Shown: positions 1 to 13,308, numbered from the stretch's first letter. The stretch: 64,000 bases of DNA from Novakomyces olei (GCA_016906335.1 JADEYG010000001.1:496001-560000), one strand, 5' to 3'. Numbers and translations are program-made. The notes: a model not told the origin generated them from the sequence alone.

Positions 1-172
1 GACTGAACCTGTGGCGAGAGTCGTGCCCGCTGGCCGAGCGCTCAAGAGCGGCAGACTGTCGAGCCAATTCCCATACTGCTTTGACCAAAATCGTAATTGG
101 CGACTAATTTACATCTTATTGATTCTCATATTTGCTCTTTACCACTCTGTCCTCCAACCAAAGAATAGACAT
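1..172 (-). CDS. Possible 5' end of a gene running off the window start, divergent from SLP1
   Basis: ATG at 172 gives MSILWLEDRV, then a GTAAAG..TAG candidate intron, then an open frame (SPITILVKAVWELARQSAALERS...) to base 1. No recognisable family. Confidence 0.3.
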
Positions 173-253
173 TAGATATTCAGTATTTAATATAGGTACC
201 ACGTAGTCGTACACTTGCAACACCAGGCTGCGCGGTTGCGCGGTTGCGCGGCT

Positions 254-2537
254 ATGAAACAGCTCCTTTGGCTCATTTTTGCTCTGCTGAAATTTACAGC
301 TGCCACTCAAGTTGGCAGCAGTATCCACTCTGCAGACGCGCAAAACGACGCCACCAGCTTTGCACGGTTTGAGCAGCGAAAAACGGTGCAGGCGCCAAAG
401 CTGCAAGTCTCCAATGCAAGGCCAGAGCAGTCTCCGCAGTGCGCTACATTGGACACGGAAAAGCCCTCTGCCAGTGTGGGCGGCAATACAACTGTGTCCC
501 GTCCAGAGCAGAATTCTGATATCGAACTTGGCTCAGTTTCTCGCGTGGCCTATAGCGAATCTGTCTCGCAAACCTGTCCTGAACCCGTATCCGTCGCCAA
601 AGATCCTGCCAGTAGCACTGAAAGTGTACCTTTAAATAGCGGTTACGGTACCGCCTTTTCTACTCCGCTTCCTTCTCTGCCGGACTTGCTGTCGCCGACA
701 GGTTCCCCGGCCTTGCCTTTACCGGAAACCTCGATGCACCAAACAGCTGAGCCTTTGCTGCCTTTATCCACTGCCTCTGATAGTGTATCAGACTCATTTA
801 CTGGACCAGTCGACAAATCTTTATCTTTGTCTCCTTCTCCTTCTCCCTCTTCTTCCTCTCCTTCTCCCTCTTCTTCCTCTCCTTCTTCTCCTTCTCCTGC
901 TACGAAAAGTTCGCTGAACGATACTGAGGGCTCAGGTACCTTGGCTAGTGATGATCAGCAGCCGTCGAAAGAGCAGGCTGACCTGGCTTCGCCTTCTTCA
1001 GAACACCCTGAAACTGCAAAGCCCTCTGAACCTGCAAAGCCCTCTGAACCTGCAAAGCCCTCTGAACCTGCAAAGCCCTCTGAACCTGCAAAGCCCTCTG
1101 AACCTGCAAAGCCCTCTGAACCTGCAGAGCCTTCCGAACCTGCAGAGCCTTTGGGCGAAGAAGCCACGGTTCAGGACAGCGACCGCTTCAATTACGCCTC
1201 CTTTGACTGTGCAGCTACAATTTTAAAGCATAATATTGAGGCTAAAGGCGCTAGCAATATCTTGTCTGAAGACCGTGATCGGTACATGCTGAACAAATGC
1301 GCTGCGGACAATCAGTTTTTCATTGTTGAGCTGTGTGCAGACATTTTGGTTGATACTCTCTATCTTGCAAACTATGAATTTTTTTCCTCTATATTCAAAG
1401 ACTTTCGTGTATCCGTTTCCGACAGGTACCCGGCAAAGGCATCGGCCTGGAAGGTTTTGGGTACGTTTACGGCTCAAAACATACGGCAATTACAACGTTT
1501 TAAAATTGAGAATCCTTTGATTTGGACAAAGTATCTGCGTATAGAGATACTTAGCCATTACGGCAACGAGTACTATTGCCCAGTCTCTGTATTGCGAGTC
1601 CATGGGACAAGCATGATTGAGGATATTCGGGATACAGACATTGCAGAGACTCAGACTACCGCGTCTCCTGATGACTCTTTTGTCTCTCTTACTAATCACA
1701 ACGCTAGTGATACACAATATTCGACAGACAGCCCAGTGCAATCTGGTCTGCCTGCAAACGGTTCTTCTAATGCAACACAGCCAGATGGATTCCTTTCAGC
1801 AAAGGAGCCCGAGACGAGTAAACGAGCACAGGATGTAATGAATCAAAAACTAGACACTAACAATACTGTGAAAGAGCCAGCACCAGAATCACCCTCCTCT
1901 GTGAAACAGCACCGGCCTCAGCAAGTTGAGTCAATGACCACACCTTTGGCTAATCCAACGACCCAAGAATCAATTTACAAGAGCATTATTAAACGTTTAG
2001 TGGTTTTGGAAGCCAATACATCCTATGCCGCAGAGTTTCTTGATCGGCAAAGGGAAGGATTGGTTAAAGTTTTGGAAGAATTGGGCGAAAGTCAAGCGCG
2101 GCAAATAAATTCTACTCTTGCAGAGTTAGATCTTGCCGCCACTGAAATGGTATTGTTTTAGGACTATTGTTTCTTTTCAGTTTGGGTTAAAATGTTTTGT
2201 TTTTAGCACGTTTGTTCTTTGTCGTCTTGTTGCTGTTCAATATGCTTTATCTTCACCTTTTGGCTATTAGTTTAAATTTTCTAATGACTTTAGCGACAAG
2301 AGTACGAGAAGGGCTTTAATACAGCCCTTATTGAAATGAGGCAGTCACTAAATTTATCTCGCAAATTGCTCGCGGAAAACGAGCCAGAGATTGTCCAGCA
2401 GAGAGAAGAGGTAATCATTCAAGTCCCATCCCGGCTAATTCTAGATTAAATACTTGAAACGCTTTGCCATTACCGAATTATTGGCAATTATTGCATTAGC
2501 CACGTACATTTACTACAAATTATCAATTGCATCCTGA
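254..2537 (+). CDS. SLP1: SUN-domain ER membrane protein (Slp1-like)
   Basis: Signal peptide MKQLLWLIFALL; mid-SUN domain RFNYASFDCAA..DRYMLNKC..NYEFFSS..HYGNEYYCPVS; TTQESIYKSIIKRL. Introns 2150-2293 and 2411-2444 lead to a C-terminal TM helix and TGA at 2535-2537. Confidence 0.9.
1010..1150 (+). repeat. Coding 18-bp minisatellite encoding (EPAKPS)n in SLP1
   Basis: Tandem gaacctgcaaagccctct units, about 7-8 including degenerate ends. Confidence 0.95.
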
Positions 2538-2787
2538 TAGATGATGCCATCGTTTTCGTTTAGACGTTCCCGTCCGTGGAATTGTCTATTGATACCCATA
2601 CACTTTGATGATTATATGTTGCTTTAAACGTTTATAATGATTGGCCAGTCTTTTAACTTGTATGAGTCGAGCTTGACCTCGTTTCCATTTTTTCCAGCGT
2701 CTGACCCACAAAATCCTCGCGTGTAGCCAGAGGTCTTTACGTCCAAGACTGTTTCATTATAAGAATTGGACTACTTTAGACCTAGCA

Positions 2788-2894
2788 ATTGACCTTAATA
2801 ACTGACCCTAATAACTGACCCTAATAACTGACCCTAATAACTGACCCTAATAACTGACCCTAATAACTGACCCTAATAACTGACCCTAACCCTA
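2788..2894. repeat. 13-bp tandem repeat (ACTGACCCTAATA)n upstream of THI6
   Basis: Six perfect units from 2801, one degenerate unit before them, ending in ACTGACCCTAACCCTAG. Confidence 0.95.
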
Positions 2895-2974
2895 GCATAC
2901 TGACAATTAATGACATAATTAAAAGTTGATTGAATTAAATATTATTTTAACGCTACCGCGCCGAGTCAGCGAGA

Positions 2975-4672
2975 ATGGCGGTCGACTACACGCTGTACCT
3001 CGTAACAGACTCTGATCTTTTGCCGCCTAATGTTTCGCTTGAGCATCAAGTCGCAGAGGCTGTCCGTGGCGGTGCGAGTATAGTACAATTGCGCGAGAAG
3101 CACTGTGACACTGGCGACTTTATCGCAAAAGCAAAAGCGCTGCTTAACGTACTGCGCCCGTACGGCGTCCCGCTAATAATAAACGACCGGGTGGATGTTG
3201 CTCTTGCTGCGGCAGCGGACGGAGTCCATGTGGGCCAAGACGATATGGAGTGTACGGCTGTGAGAGAGCTTCTTGGCGAAAAAGCCATAATCGGAGTCTC
3301 CTGTAACACTGTGCAAGAGGCAGTAAAAGCTTACACTGACGGGGCCGATTATATAGGGATCGGTGCCGTTTTTGACACGGCAACAAAGCAATTGAAAAGC
3401 GATACTTTGGGCGTTTCAGGAGTAAGGGATATTTTGAATGTGATTAGTAAATTCAAAAGGCGTTTGCCCGCCGTTGCAATTGGCGGTATTAATGCAGAAA
3501 ATGTGGGTCGAGTGCTCTTCCAGTCTGAGCAATTGCAAAAATTAGACGGCTTTGCCGTTGTTTCCGCCATCATCGCTGCCAAAGACGCGTCCGGTGCTGC
3601 AAAGACGTTACGTCATCGGATTGAGACTGCTCCTGCTTACGCGTCTGCACGCGTTTCCGAGTTGCACAAGTCACGTGCTGCTTGCAAAGCTTCGCCACTG
3701 GATTTTTGTAGTGCAGCTCTGGGCGCCGTGAGCAGCGTTCATCCGCTCTTGCACCATATGACAAATAATGTAGTGAAAAACTTTTCTGCTAATGTCAGTC
3801 TTGCAGTGGGAGGCTCGCCCGTAATGTCGGAGCAGCCTGCGGAAGCTGCAGATTTGGCTCAAGCTGGAAATGCTCTAGTGCTGAATATGGGGACCTTGAT
3901 GGATCCAGTGTCTATGATTCGCGCTGCTCAAGAGTATAAAGCGAGGGGGAAGACTGTGCTGCTGGATCCAGTAGGGGCCGGAGCAACACAGTTTAGACGG
4001 GACGCTACAAGGGCTTTTCTGAATGGATCTCATTATTCTGTAATTAAGGGGAACGAGGGCGAGATTTGTGCTGCTTTGGGGGTCACTGCGGCTATGCGCG
4101 GAGTTGATAGCCAGTCTGATTTGAGTATTGACGAACGGATACAGCATTCAAAGGCTTTAGCTTTGAGAGAACGTAATTTTTTATTTATTTATTTTTTATC
4201 TTTATCTTTATTTTTATTTTTATTTCTTTTTAATTTTTTTTAATTGTTCTTTCTGACGTACAGGCACAACTGTTGTAATGACAGGAAAAGTTGATATAAT
4301 CACAAACGGAGTCGAGTGCTATACTGTTGCTAATGGATCATATCTACTTGGTCTTGTTACTGGGGTATTATTTATTTATTTATTTCTATTAATTCTAATA
4401 AACAGACGGGCTGTAGTTTAGGCTCAACGATTGCGTGTGTTGTTTCTTCGTGGAAGGCCGATGAAACGTGTAGAGCTGCGCTGGCGGCAGTGCTTTGGTA
4501 CAATATCGCGGCTGAACTCGCTGAAGCCAAATCAAACGGGCCAGGAACCTTTGTACCTAATTTTTTAGATCAGTTGTACCATTTGGGACAGCTGTCGGCT
4601 AATGGAGACTTTTCCTGGCTGCAAGAAAATGTGCGTGTGGAAAACAAAACAGAGCTGGCAAAGCCAGAGTAA
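2975..4672 (+). CDS. THI6: Bifunctional thiamine-phosphate synthase / hydroxyethylthiazole kinase
   Basis: TMP-TenI domain (DYTLYLVTD, VQLREK, INDRVD, GVHVGQDD) plus ThiM domain (HMTNNVV, LDPVGAGAT, IKGNEGE). Introns 4173-4263 and 4365-4405 restore VTGTGCSLG. Confidence 0.95.
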
Positions 4673-4902
4673 TCTTGGATATCTAAATATGTGCTTAAAG
4701 TATAGTGGAAAAAGTGTAAAAGTAATGAATCTAATTGACTAATATTAAATAAATGATAAAATGAATCCAATTAAATTTAATTAATCTCGTCTAACGTCTA
4801 AATGTTACGCGTTAATTTAATAAAAATATTTATTACAATTGTCCACTGTTTTTACAATATATGTATATGACTGCGATATGCTGTAAGAAATTGCCGCCTC
4901 CC

Positions 4903-7900
4903 TTATTTCTTTTTGTGCTTGCGTACTGCCTGTGAATGCAAATGGCCAAGGCTGTTTATTGCAATTTCATTGTGCCACCGGGAAAACCGCATCCCGTCGG
5001 CTGATATTGGAGATAGACGGCTCGAGCCCTCGGGTTCCGATTGAGCTTTCTTTTTTTCTTCATTACCAACACTATCACTGTTTCCGTTATTTACATCGTC
5101 CCGACTTTCTCCAATCTCTTCTTTTACTCTGAGGTTTACTTCTTCCTTTTCCAATAGCTCTCCTTCGTATTCCTCTTTTCCCTTTCTCTCTTTTTTTTCT
5201 CCCTCCTTTCCGTTTCCCTCTTCTCGATCTTCCTCCTCGTCTTCATTGTTTTTTTCTCCGTCTCCTTTTCTCTCTCCATCTCCCTCATCTTTTTCTTCTT
5301 GATTATCATTATCTGCCCCAAACCTTGACAGATACAACTCTCTAGCTTGCATGCCACGACAAATCTGTGCATAATTGCGCTCCAGTTCTTCAAAAAGAAC
5401 TCTTTCGCGGCTTCCGTTACAGTTCAGCCACGCGAAAAGATCCTTCAGTGCCTCCAGATTTTCTATATAACCCCACGAATCCGGACTATCCGTGACCGAC
5501 CCGTCTTCTGCTTTTTGTTTTTCGGATAGTATAAAGCTTACTGCCTCAGACTCGCTATCGAACCGGAGGACTTTCCGTTCTCGCGCTGAATAAATCTCAA
5601 AAGCTAGAGTCTCTCGATCGCTACACGGTTTTACTGCAAGCGACCAGATCCATTGCTCAGGGTGGGATCCCTGAACCCAAATACGCGCATTCGCGTACTC
5701 GGCATTCATCCCACCGCTTGCTCGTATTCCATCCCGCTCAAACAAGTAGTACCGGTTACGGAAACGATCTTCTCCCAGTAAATTGACTCTGGCAACGTCT
5801 GTTTCATGCAATTCAGCATCCAATCTGTCGATTTTATTCGATGATTTTTCAATGCATTTGTCGACCCGATCGAGTTCTTCATAGCATGATTCTAAAGACG
5901 TAAACTGTTCAAGAGGCGGATCAATTTCGTGAAGCAACTGGTCCAAATCCTCGTCCTGTTCATCTGCCAAATCTTGCTCAAGGGATTTTCCACCGGATTT
6001 TAAAGATTGCTTCCGTTCTTCGTCGGCCAGCTGTTCATTCGAATTGCGAGTCTTGTCTTCAGTAGCCTTGTTTTCTTTTGCATTTCTTGTTTCTTTTCCG
6101 TTTTCTTTTCCGTTTTCTTTACCAGGCTTCTTTCCTTCTTTGCTTGCTCCCTCTTTACTTGGCCCTTCTTGCCGGCCTTTTTTGTTCCCCGTATTAGCTC
6201 CTTTGGTCTTTTCATAACCCTCAATACCGTTTGCCATCCGCTCTTCCTTGTCTTCTCCGCTAACAGCTAAGACTCTATCAGAGTCATTCGCCTCTCTATC
6301 AAGCCTTCGGTACTTTATTTTATGACGTAAATCATGTTCTTTGCCCTTTAAACGTCGGGAAAAGCGGCTTCGCTTCCGATCCATTGGCTCTTCATGGTCT
6401 TCTGTAGCATTTTCGTGCCCGACAGCCAATAAACTGTCTTCGTCTGAATCAGAAACGGTAGAAACTGGCCGAGATTCTGTAGCAAAATCAGAATGGTCTC
6501 CCAACTCTGACATCAATTCAGATTTGGGGGTTATTGCAGTACTAACTTTTACGCTTTTGCCCTCTTGAAGTCGTTTGTCATTCAACAGCTCGAGCCCGTT
6601 TGCTCCAGTATTATTATTTCCTCCTTCTTCCGCGGCACTTATCCCAATACTTTGAGCTAATGATTGAACAAAATCAGTTTTGATCTTGCGCCGCAGCACT
6701 CGTGATCTGTCCGTCTTCAATCTTTTGTACTTTTGATACGCTAATCGATCACGCCTTATTTTCGCCTGCACAGACAAGCAGTGGTCCGAGTACTGCCGGA
6801 TTAAGGGAGTACACAAGGCCATTGCCGTTAAATGATAAAGCGCCATTAGTTTCAAGTCTGGAGATAGTGAAACGTACTGAGCCTGAATGAACCGCTCATT
6901 TACGAGGGCTCGAGTACTCGTTAAATGCTCTATTATTGGGATCAAGTTGTAAGATTCTTCAGCTGTTTGCCTCTGTCTTGCTTCGTGGACGAGGATGCCG
7001 AGCAAAATGACGTACCATCCGCCCCGATCAAAATCAAACTGCGCAAGGCGTTGCTGCCAATTAATGTCGTAGCTGTCCCATTTCGCAAAAAGCTCTTCGG
7101 CGTGATTACTAGTGCTAGTCTCAGAGTGGTCTACATCACATTTTGAGTCTGAGCTAGAATCTGATTCGTCGCGCGCAAGATTTAGGTCTGGACTGCTGGG
7201 GATTCTATCGACTGGAGACGAATCTGCTTCTTTTTTAAGCTCTGCGTCTTTTTGTTGCCGAGTTCGAGGCCGGCTTTCATCGTTCAATACTCGATCTTTG
7301 AAGGTTCCTTTTTCATTCTCTACTTCTTTGTCTTTATCTTTGCTCTTGTCTTTTGTCTCTCCTTCATCATCATCTTCTCCCCTTTCTGAAGATGCTGAGG
7401 AATCTGATACATCTGTAAACTGCAAATCCAAGTCTAATAACAAATTTCCTTTGGAGCCAACAAATGATTTCATCAGGGAACAATGAATTTCAGACAAGAG
7501 TTCATTCGTGACATCTGGATTCGATAGCAAAATGGACTCCAAAAAATCGTCAAGAGCAAAAGGTTCAAGAACCAAAGGTTTGTTAAATGTATTGAGAAAA
7601 GTCCATACAGCATTCAGCATTCCAGACATACTTCCATCCACGCATTCTTCTCTGTATAGTTTTGGCCTTTTACTGCTTCTGTTGGCAGCTTCAATAGGCA
7701 CCAGAAGGTCTTCAATGGGGTACACAGGTCTCTGCTCCGGCTGTGGCTGTCCAATTTGAGAGCCGGTTTCGTTCTGATTGTCTTCGTCTGCCGAATTGGC
7801 CAGTTTACCGTTATTCAGGGTATTTTGCGATTCAGAGTCGGGCTTGGCTGCCACGGATTCTTGGAATATCCCGGCAGAAGGATACCCTGGATAAGGATAA

Positions 7901-9381
7901 CTTGTAGAATGATAACCCGATGTCGGGAACGTAGAAGGTGCATAACCCGCCGAGGGAAAATAAGTCATTGCCGGTAAATTTGGAGCGTAATACTCGTCAT
8001 TTTGCATCCCATTTTTACCCATTTTTCCTCGTAAAGCATCAATGGCATTAGATTCATCATTGGTAAAGGCCTTTGTTGGCACTGGCTGAACTGGAGCAGG
8101 TCCAGAAGACTCGAAAAAATGGCGTAATGCCACTGGAGGTATAGTACTGACATTGTACTGGCTGGCAACATCTTCTTTCAACACCCAAGGCATGTTTTGA
8201 TTTCGACGAGGCGCCATTACGTTTCTCAAAAAGCCACGAACAAGGCTTCGACTGTAGCTGCCACGCTCACGTGAAAGCTGAGCCACATCCACATAGCATT
8301 CGCCCAAATGTCCATTTTCATCAGCCGCATATTCTACACGATACCGCGTCTTGGCGCCAGTAAGAGTTCCGTCATCGAGCTTCCGAGGGCCAATTGAGAC
8401 TTTCTCCCGAACAAGGACTTCGTATCTTTGGCCATTCATTTTGGCAATAAGCCATTCGCCAGGAAAGTATTCTTCTTTGAACATTTCATATACCCAATCG
8501 ACCAAAAGATCAATACGCCCTTTCATGCTAAATTGGACTTTGTGAAGAATCGGATCTTTTAACGCTTCGGGAAAGGATTCATTGATTTCTCGGCACTCTC
8601 GCTCCTTGATATTAGTAAAGCAGAAAGAGGCTAAATAGCTATGAATATAGCCAAAGATAGATGGTAGGTCAAAGTTGAAGGCAGCATCCAACAAATCGAT
8701 TAATGTGCATGCAATCAACAGACTCAAAAAGAAATAATGAAAATGTCCTTGCAGTGTTTCAGTCCAGTTATAGATACTGAAATCATCAAAATTCAGAGAA
8801 CAAAAATGGCCCGTCGCATAGCACAAACTAATAGTGAGATGTAATAAAAAGTAATGGCCAGGCTGAGATACGAAAACGAAAAAGGAGAATAAAAAGAAGT
8901 AATATAATATAATATAATATAAAACAATATAAAATAATATAAAATTAAACAAACAGACAGGAAATGTATAGATGCCTACTTCACTCTGGCGCGCTTCTTC
9001 ATAAGTCAAATTGCTATGGCCAGTGATCTCGCACGTGAATTGATGCTGTCATATTAGATTATCGACAAAACAAAAGCATACACGGCTCAAGAAATCAAGT
9101 CTATAATTAGTTAATATTGACCCAAAATTGTAACGTACCTTGCTAAATAATCTTGTTCCGACACAAATATTTCGCCCGATGATGGGAGGGTATATATCTG
9201 TACAAATGTTAGATATATGTCAGCAAATAAAAAAGCCCTCGCGCCCCCGCGAAACTGATATTACCAGGGCACCTGCAGGTAGAGTTGCCGGATCAAGTGA
9301 TCCGACTGCCGGCGCAACGGGCTTCCGTTTGTACAAAACCTTGAGATTAAAACAATGTACCCAAACTGGACCCCGTACCAT
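4903..9381 (-). CDS. ITC1: ISWI-complex subunit Itc1/Acf1-like (WAC, DDT, WHIM domains)
   Basis: Spliced N-terminus M|VLYKRKPV..GEIF..DYLARLDF..FTCEITGHSNLTYEEA (WAC); YPIEDL and WTFLNTF..LEPFALDDF (DDT); LGEDRFRNRYY and LNCNGSRERVL (WHIM/WSD). Five introns near the 5' end. Confidence 0.9.
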
Positions 9382-10658
9382 AATCAAATTAAACAGAAAC
9401 GAAACGAGAGAAACGCGTTTGGTGATCGACAAGCTCTGAAACACTTTAATCAATCTCCCGAGCAAGCCACGCCACCAGATCGGTAGCGTTAACAGTGATA
9501 GCCAGGTTTAGAGGCGATCTATGTCGTAAAATCTATCATTTTCGTCGGCCATTGTAGTAGGAGACAATCATTCTGTTTTGCAACGCCCTTTTGGCGCACA
9601 TTTGCCGTTTTTGCCCTAGAGCGACACATTTCCAAAAAAGCACCCTGTACGATTATACAGGGTTTTCTAAAAATTCAGCGATAAGCCCAAGACTAATATG
9701 GAATCCATGTGGCTACTTGCTTACATAACATTTGAGAGAATGGCCGCAGAAATAACGATGAATCAATCATACGGAATTTGTGTTGAATTATGGGGTAAAC
9801 GTATTCGTGCCGATTGACAGCGGCAGTATTTTGTTAGTCATGGACATTGTTCTCGCGCTTCTTGCAATGTTATTACAGTATATTAAAACAATAACAAATA
9901 GTATTGTAAAGAATTAAATACAATATTGGATACGCGTGAAACATGGGGTTTGTGATGATATATATATAGTAGCCACGAAAAAAAAGAGGGAAAGTGGGAA
10001 GAGAACATTCAATCCTTGATTTAGAGCTGTGATTCACAAAATTAAGAAATCGCTTAAACTTGTATCGAATTAACAAAAGCTTATGATGCATTTAAACGAG
10101 ATTCCACAGTTCAAGCTTCAAAATTTTATAAAAAAATATAATTAAAAGTAGGCTGCAAGCTTAATTGATAGTTGAAGGTGTGGTATTTATATACATAACC
10201 TTAACAGTATATACCAATAGCGTTTGTATTAATTGTAGCAATTGTTTCATATGCTTGCTAATAGCATACATAGCAGCTCCTTATGACTGTGCTATCGAAG
10301 CAAACTTAAATGTCGTGGGACATCGGGACGGAAATGACGACGTCGTGTATGGAGAATAAGCTTGTATAAAATCAGCAATTCATAAAATCGCTATCACTTG
10401 AATTCTAGTATATGACTGATTCCTAATGATATTTGGTACTTCTAATCCTCCATAATGCAATGCGTACTAAAATGAGACAAGTATGTTTATATTTAGAAAT
10501 CAAGCCATAATATAGCGGTATACCAAAATTCGCACACGGGCCCCGTGTATAAAACCGTTGTATGCTGACAGCATGGATGATTTTATAGTACACTATCTTT
10601 ATAGTACACTATCTTTATAGATATTCTATTTAAAAAATAAAACTGAGCTTCCCAGTTA

Positions 10659-11937
10659 CTACTCGGGCTGCCTGGCTGGCCCGCCGGGCGAGTCTGCCTT
10701 TCGAGCAGTCAAAACTTCAACCCCGTCTTCCGTAACAAGGAGCGTATGTTCGAACTGAGCACTACGCTTACCATCAACGGTGACAGCCGTCCAATTGTCC
10801 GGCCAAGAGACGTCACGATAGGAACCGAGAGAAACCATGGGCTCTATTGTAAATACCATACCCGGCTTTGCAACTCCGACCGCTTTATTTTTTGCATAGT
10901 GAGGAATAGTTGGAGCACCGTGAAACAATTGATTTATTCCATGCCCGCAATAAGTACGTACAATAGACGTTTTGCGACTTTTTGCTACTGCCTCGATCGT
11001 ATTGCCTACATCTCGAAATAGTAGTCCTGGTTTAACAGTGGCGATGGCCGCCTCGAGACAATCGCGAGCAGCTTCCACTACCCGCACAGAGTCCAGATCA
11101 GCTTTAGCCCTTTCCCCAACATAGTATGTTTCGTTTAAATCGCCATGGAATCCTCCATGATAAAGAGTGACGTCCAAGTTTATGATATCCCCGTCCTCCA
11201 ACGGCCTTTGATCCGGAATTCCATGACAAATAACCTCATTCACAGAGGTGCAGACACTTTTAGGAAAGTAGTAATAGTTCAACGGACTAGGGTAGGCATC
11301 ACGCTTAACACACTCTTCATGCACAATGGCATCCAGCTCGTCCGTAGTGATCCCGGGCCGTACTGCAGCAGCAGCAATATCCAATACTTCCCGAGCCAAC
11401 CGGCACACTTTACGCATTCCTTCCTGTTCCGTTTCGTTCAAGATCCGTAACTTTAGTGAGTCACGTTGTTCACTAATAGATTGTCCAGACACTGCGTAAT
11501 CCGGCTTTTTAATACTCTCTGGAACAGCGCGTCGGGGGCTTAGAGGGTAGCATGGCCTAAGACTTCCTGTATACTTGTAGGAAGGGAAGGGGTCATGCAG
11601 ACCTTGTTTTTGGCGGATCTGGTGTGTGATTTTGTGAGCGCTCTTTTATTGTAAGTGAAAAGTGAAGCCGATATTTTGACTCACCCATGAAGTACGGAAA
11701 CAATCTTGCTTTCGATAGTTAGTAACTTTTTGAAGGCAACAATAAATATTTTTAATGCGAAACAAAAGGGCAAATAAAATGGAATAATAGCACTTACCGA
11801 GCAGAAATTGCTATTCAGTCCTAGTTTCAGACAAACCTGGACACGTTAGATAAGATCGGTATTACCATATATCATACGGGACATTGTAAAGTGCCAGCGG
11901 CCTTTCCGCACGAGACGCCTTGGCACAGCACCGACAT
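10659..11937 (-). CDS. MAP1: Methionine aminopeptidase 1
   Basis: N-terminal zinc finger over short exons ([27 protein letters not shown]); catalytic motifs [36 protein letters not shown]. Confidence 0.95.
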
Positions 11938-12273
11938 TAGGTGAATAAAGATCTGATGAAATATTATTTGGAATTATTTAATTATTTAAAAGTCGGATTT
12001 CATATCAATTTTGATGGGAAATTGCTTTGTTATTATTAGTACGCATTATTCTAATCCAGTAAACGATAAAATACAATTTAATAAGACAAAATAAAAACGA
12101 CTGATAAAAAAAAAATAAAAAAAATAAAAAAAAATAAAAAAAATAAATTAAATAAATTAAATATTATTCATTTAAAACGAGTATTAAAATAAAAAATAAT
12201 CGGATACAGTACAATATCGATAATACAAGCTTCATATGCATTATATCATATGCCGTTGTTAGCCAACTGAACG

Positions 12274-13308
12274 ATGCGGATCCGGTGTTCGACGGAAATA
12301 GTACGCGAATGCTCCACCGTACCGAAACTCGCTCGTTTTCAGCATACGGGAAATGCTAGTAAAGGCCCTTCTTTGCTAGACGCAGAGAATTATTGTTTAC
12401 AGCTCATACGGTATATCATGGAAGATTTGTCTTCTAACGCCTCTTAGAAAGCATGATCGCGCATCGTACGTACAAACGCCTTTCCTGCCACGAAGCGTAA
12501 AGCCTCTGCACGTTGGGTTGTCTGCACTAAACGTTGAACTTGCCTCAATACCTGACCAAGTCAGCAATACAACTGTTGGCAGAATGAGGATGCAATACTG
12601 GCGCGATAGTATCCCGAAAATATTTGATGTACACTACTCAATCTTTGTTTCAATGCGCTTTCAACAATGCAAATGCCTAATTTCCAGGGACGGCCACCTC
12701 AGGAACCAATTGCTATTGTTTTATCTCAGGCTGTTAGTAGGGTTCCCGTAACGCGATCGTTTATTACCCGTTTAATTAAAGCACGCGAAGCACGTCTTGG
12801 AAACCCTCCGTTTGCTAATATTGGGGATATTGAAGATTACGCTGAGAGCACATATGCCACAATTTTGTATATCATGCTGGAAGCTATCGGGCAGGCTACG
12901 CGCTTCGACCATATAGCTTCCTCAATCGGCCGGGCTCAGGGCATAGTGGCAATTTTACGAGGCTTTCCGCACTATTTATCGAAACGAGTAGTCATGTTAC
13001 CTTTGCAAGAATGTGCTCAGCACGGTCTGTCTCATGAGACAGTACTGCGGGATCCAAAGTCGGAACTTTCAAAGATACAAGATATCGCTTTTGACGTAGC
13101 GACACGAGCAAATGATTATCTCATTACTGCGGATACTTATATGAAACAAGAAGCAGTCAAGGACAGAGGTGTACGGGCTTGTTTACTACCGGCTGAGCCA
13201 GTAAGACTTTTTCTCAAAAGACTGGAACGTGCCGAGTTCAATTTATTCGCACCTGAAATTCGAAGGCCGCAGTGGAATTTGCCGTTTTATTATTGGTGGA
13301 ATTCTTAA
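12274..13308 (+). CDS. NDUFAF6: NDUFAF6-like complex I assembly factor (squalene/phytoene synthase fold)
   Basis: NYCLQLIR|KHD, ALNVELASIPDQVS, GRMRMQYWRD, EDYAESTY; two short introns; Arg-rich presequence-like N-terminus. Confidence 0.85.

Noticed and set aside
1010-1150. CRISPR-like array (also the repeat at 2788-2894)
   Set aside because: Head-to-tail tandem repeats without unique spacers, eukaryotic context, no cas genes.
2540-2975. TPP riboswitch upstream of THI6
   Set aside because: No CTGAGA core or other aptamer hallmarks seen upstream or in the two introns.
9508-9552. 14-codon upstream ORF before ITC1
   Set aside because: TSS unknown and it may lie outside the transcript; no supporting signal.
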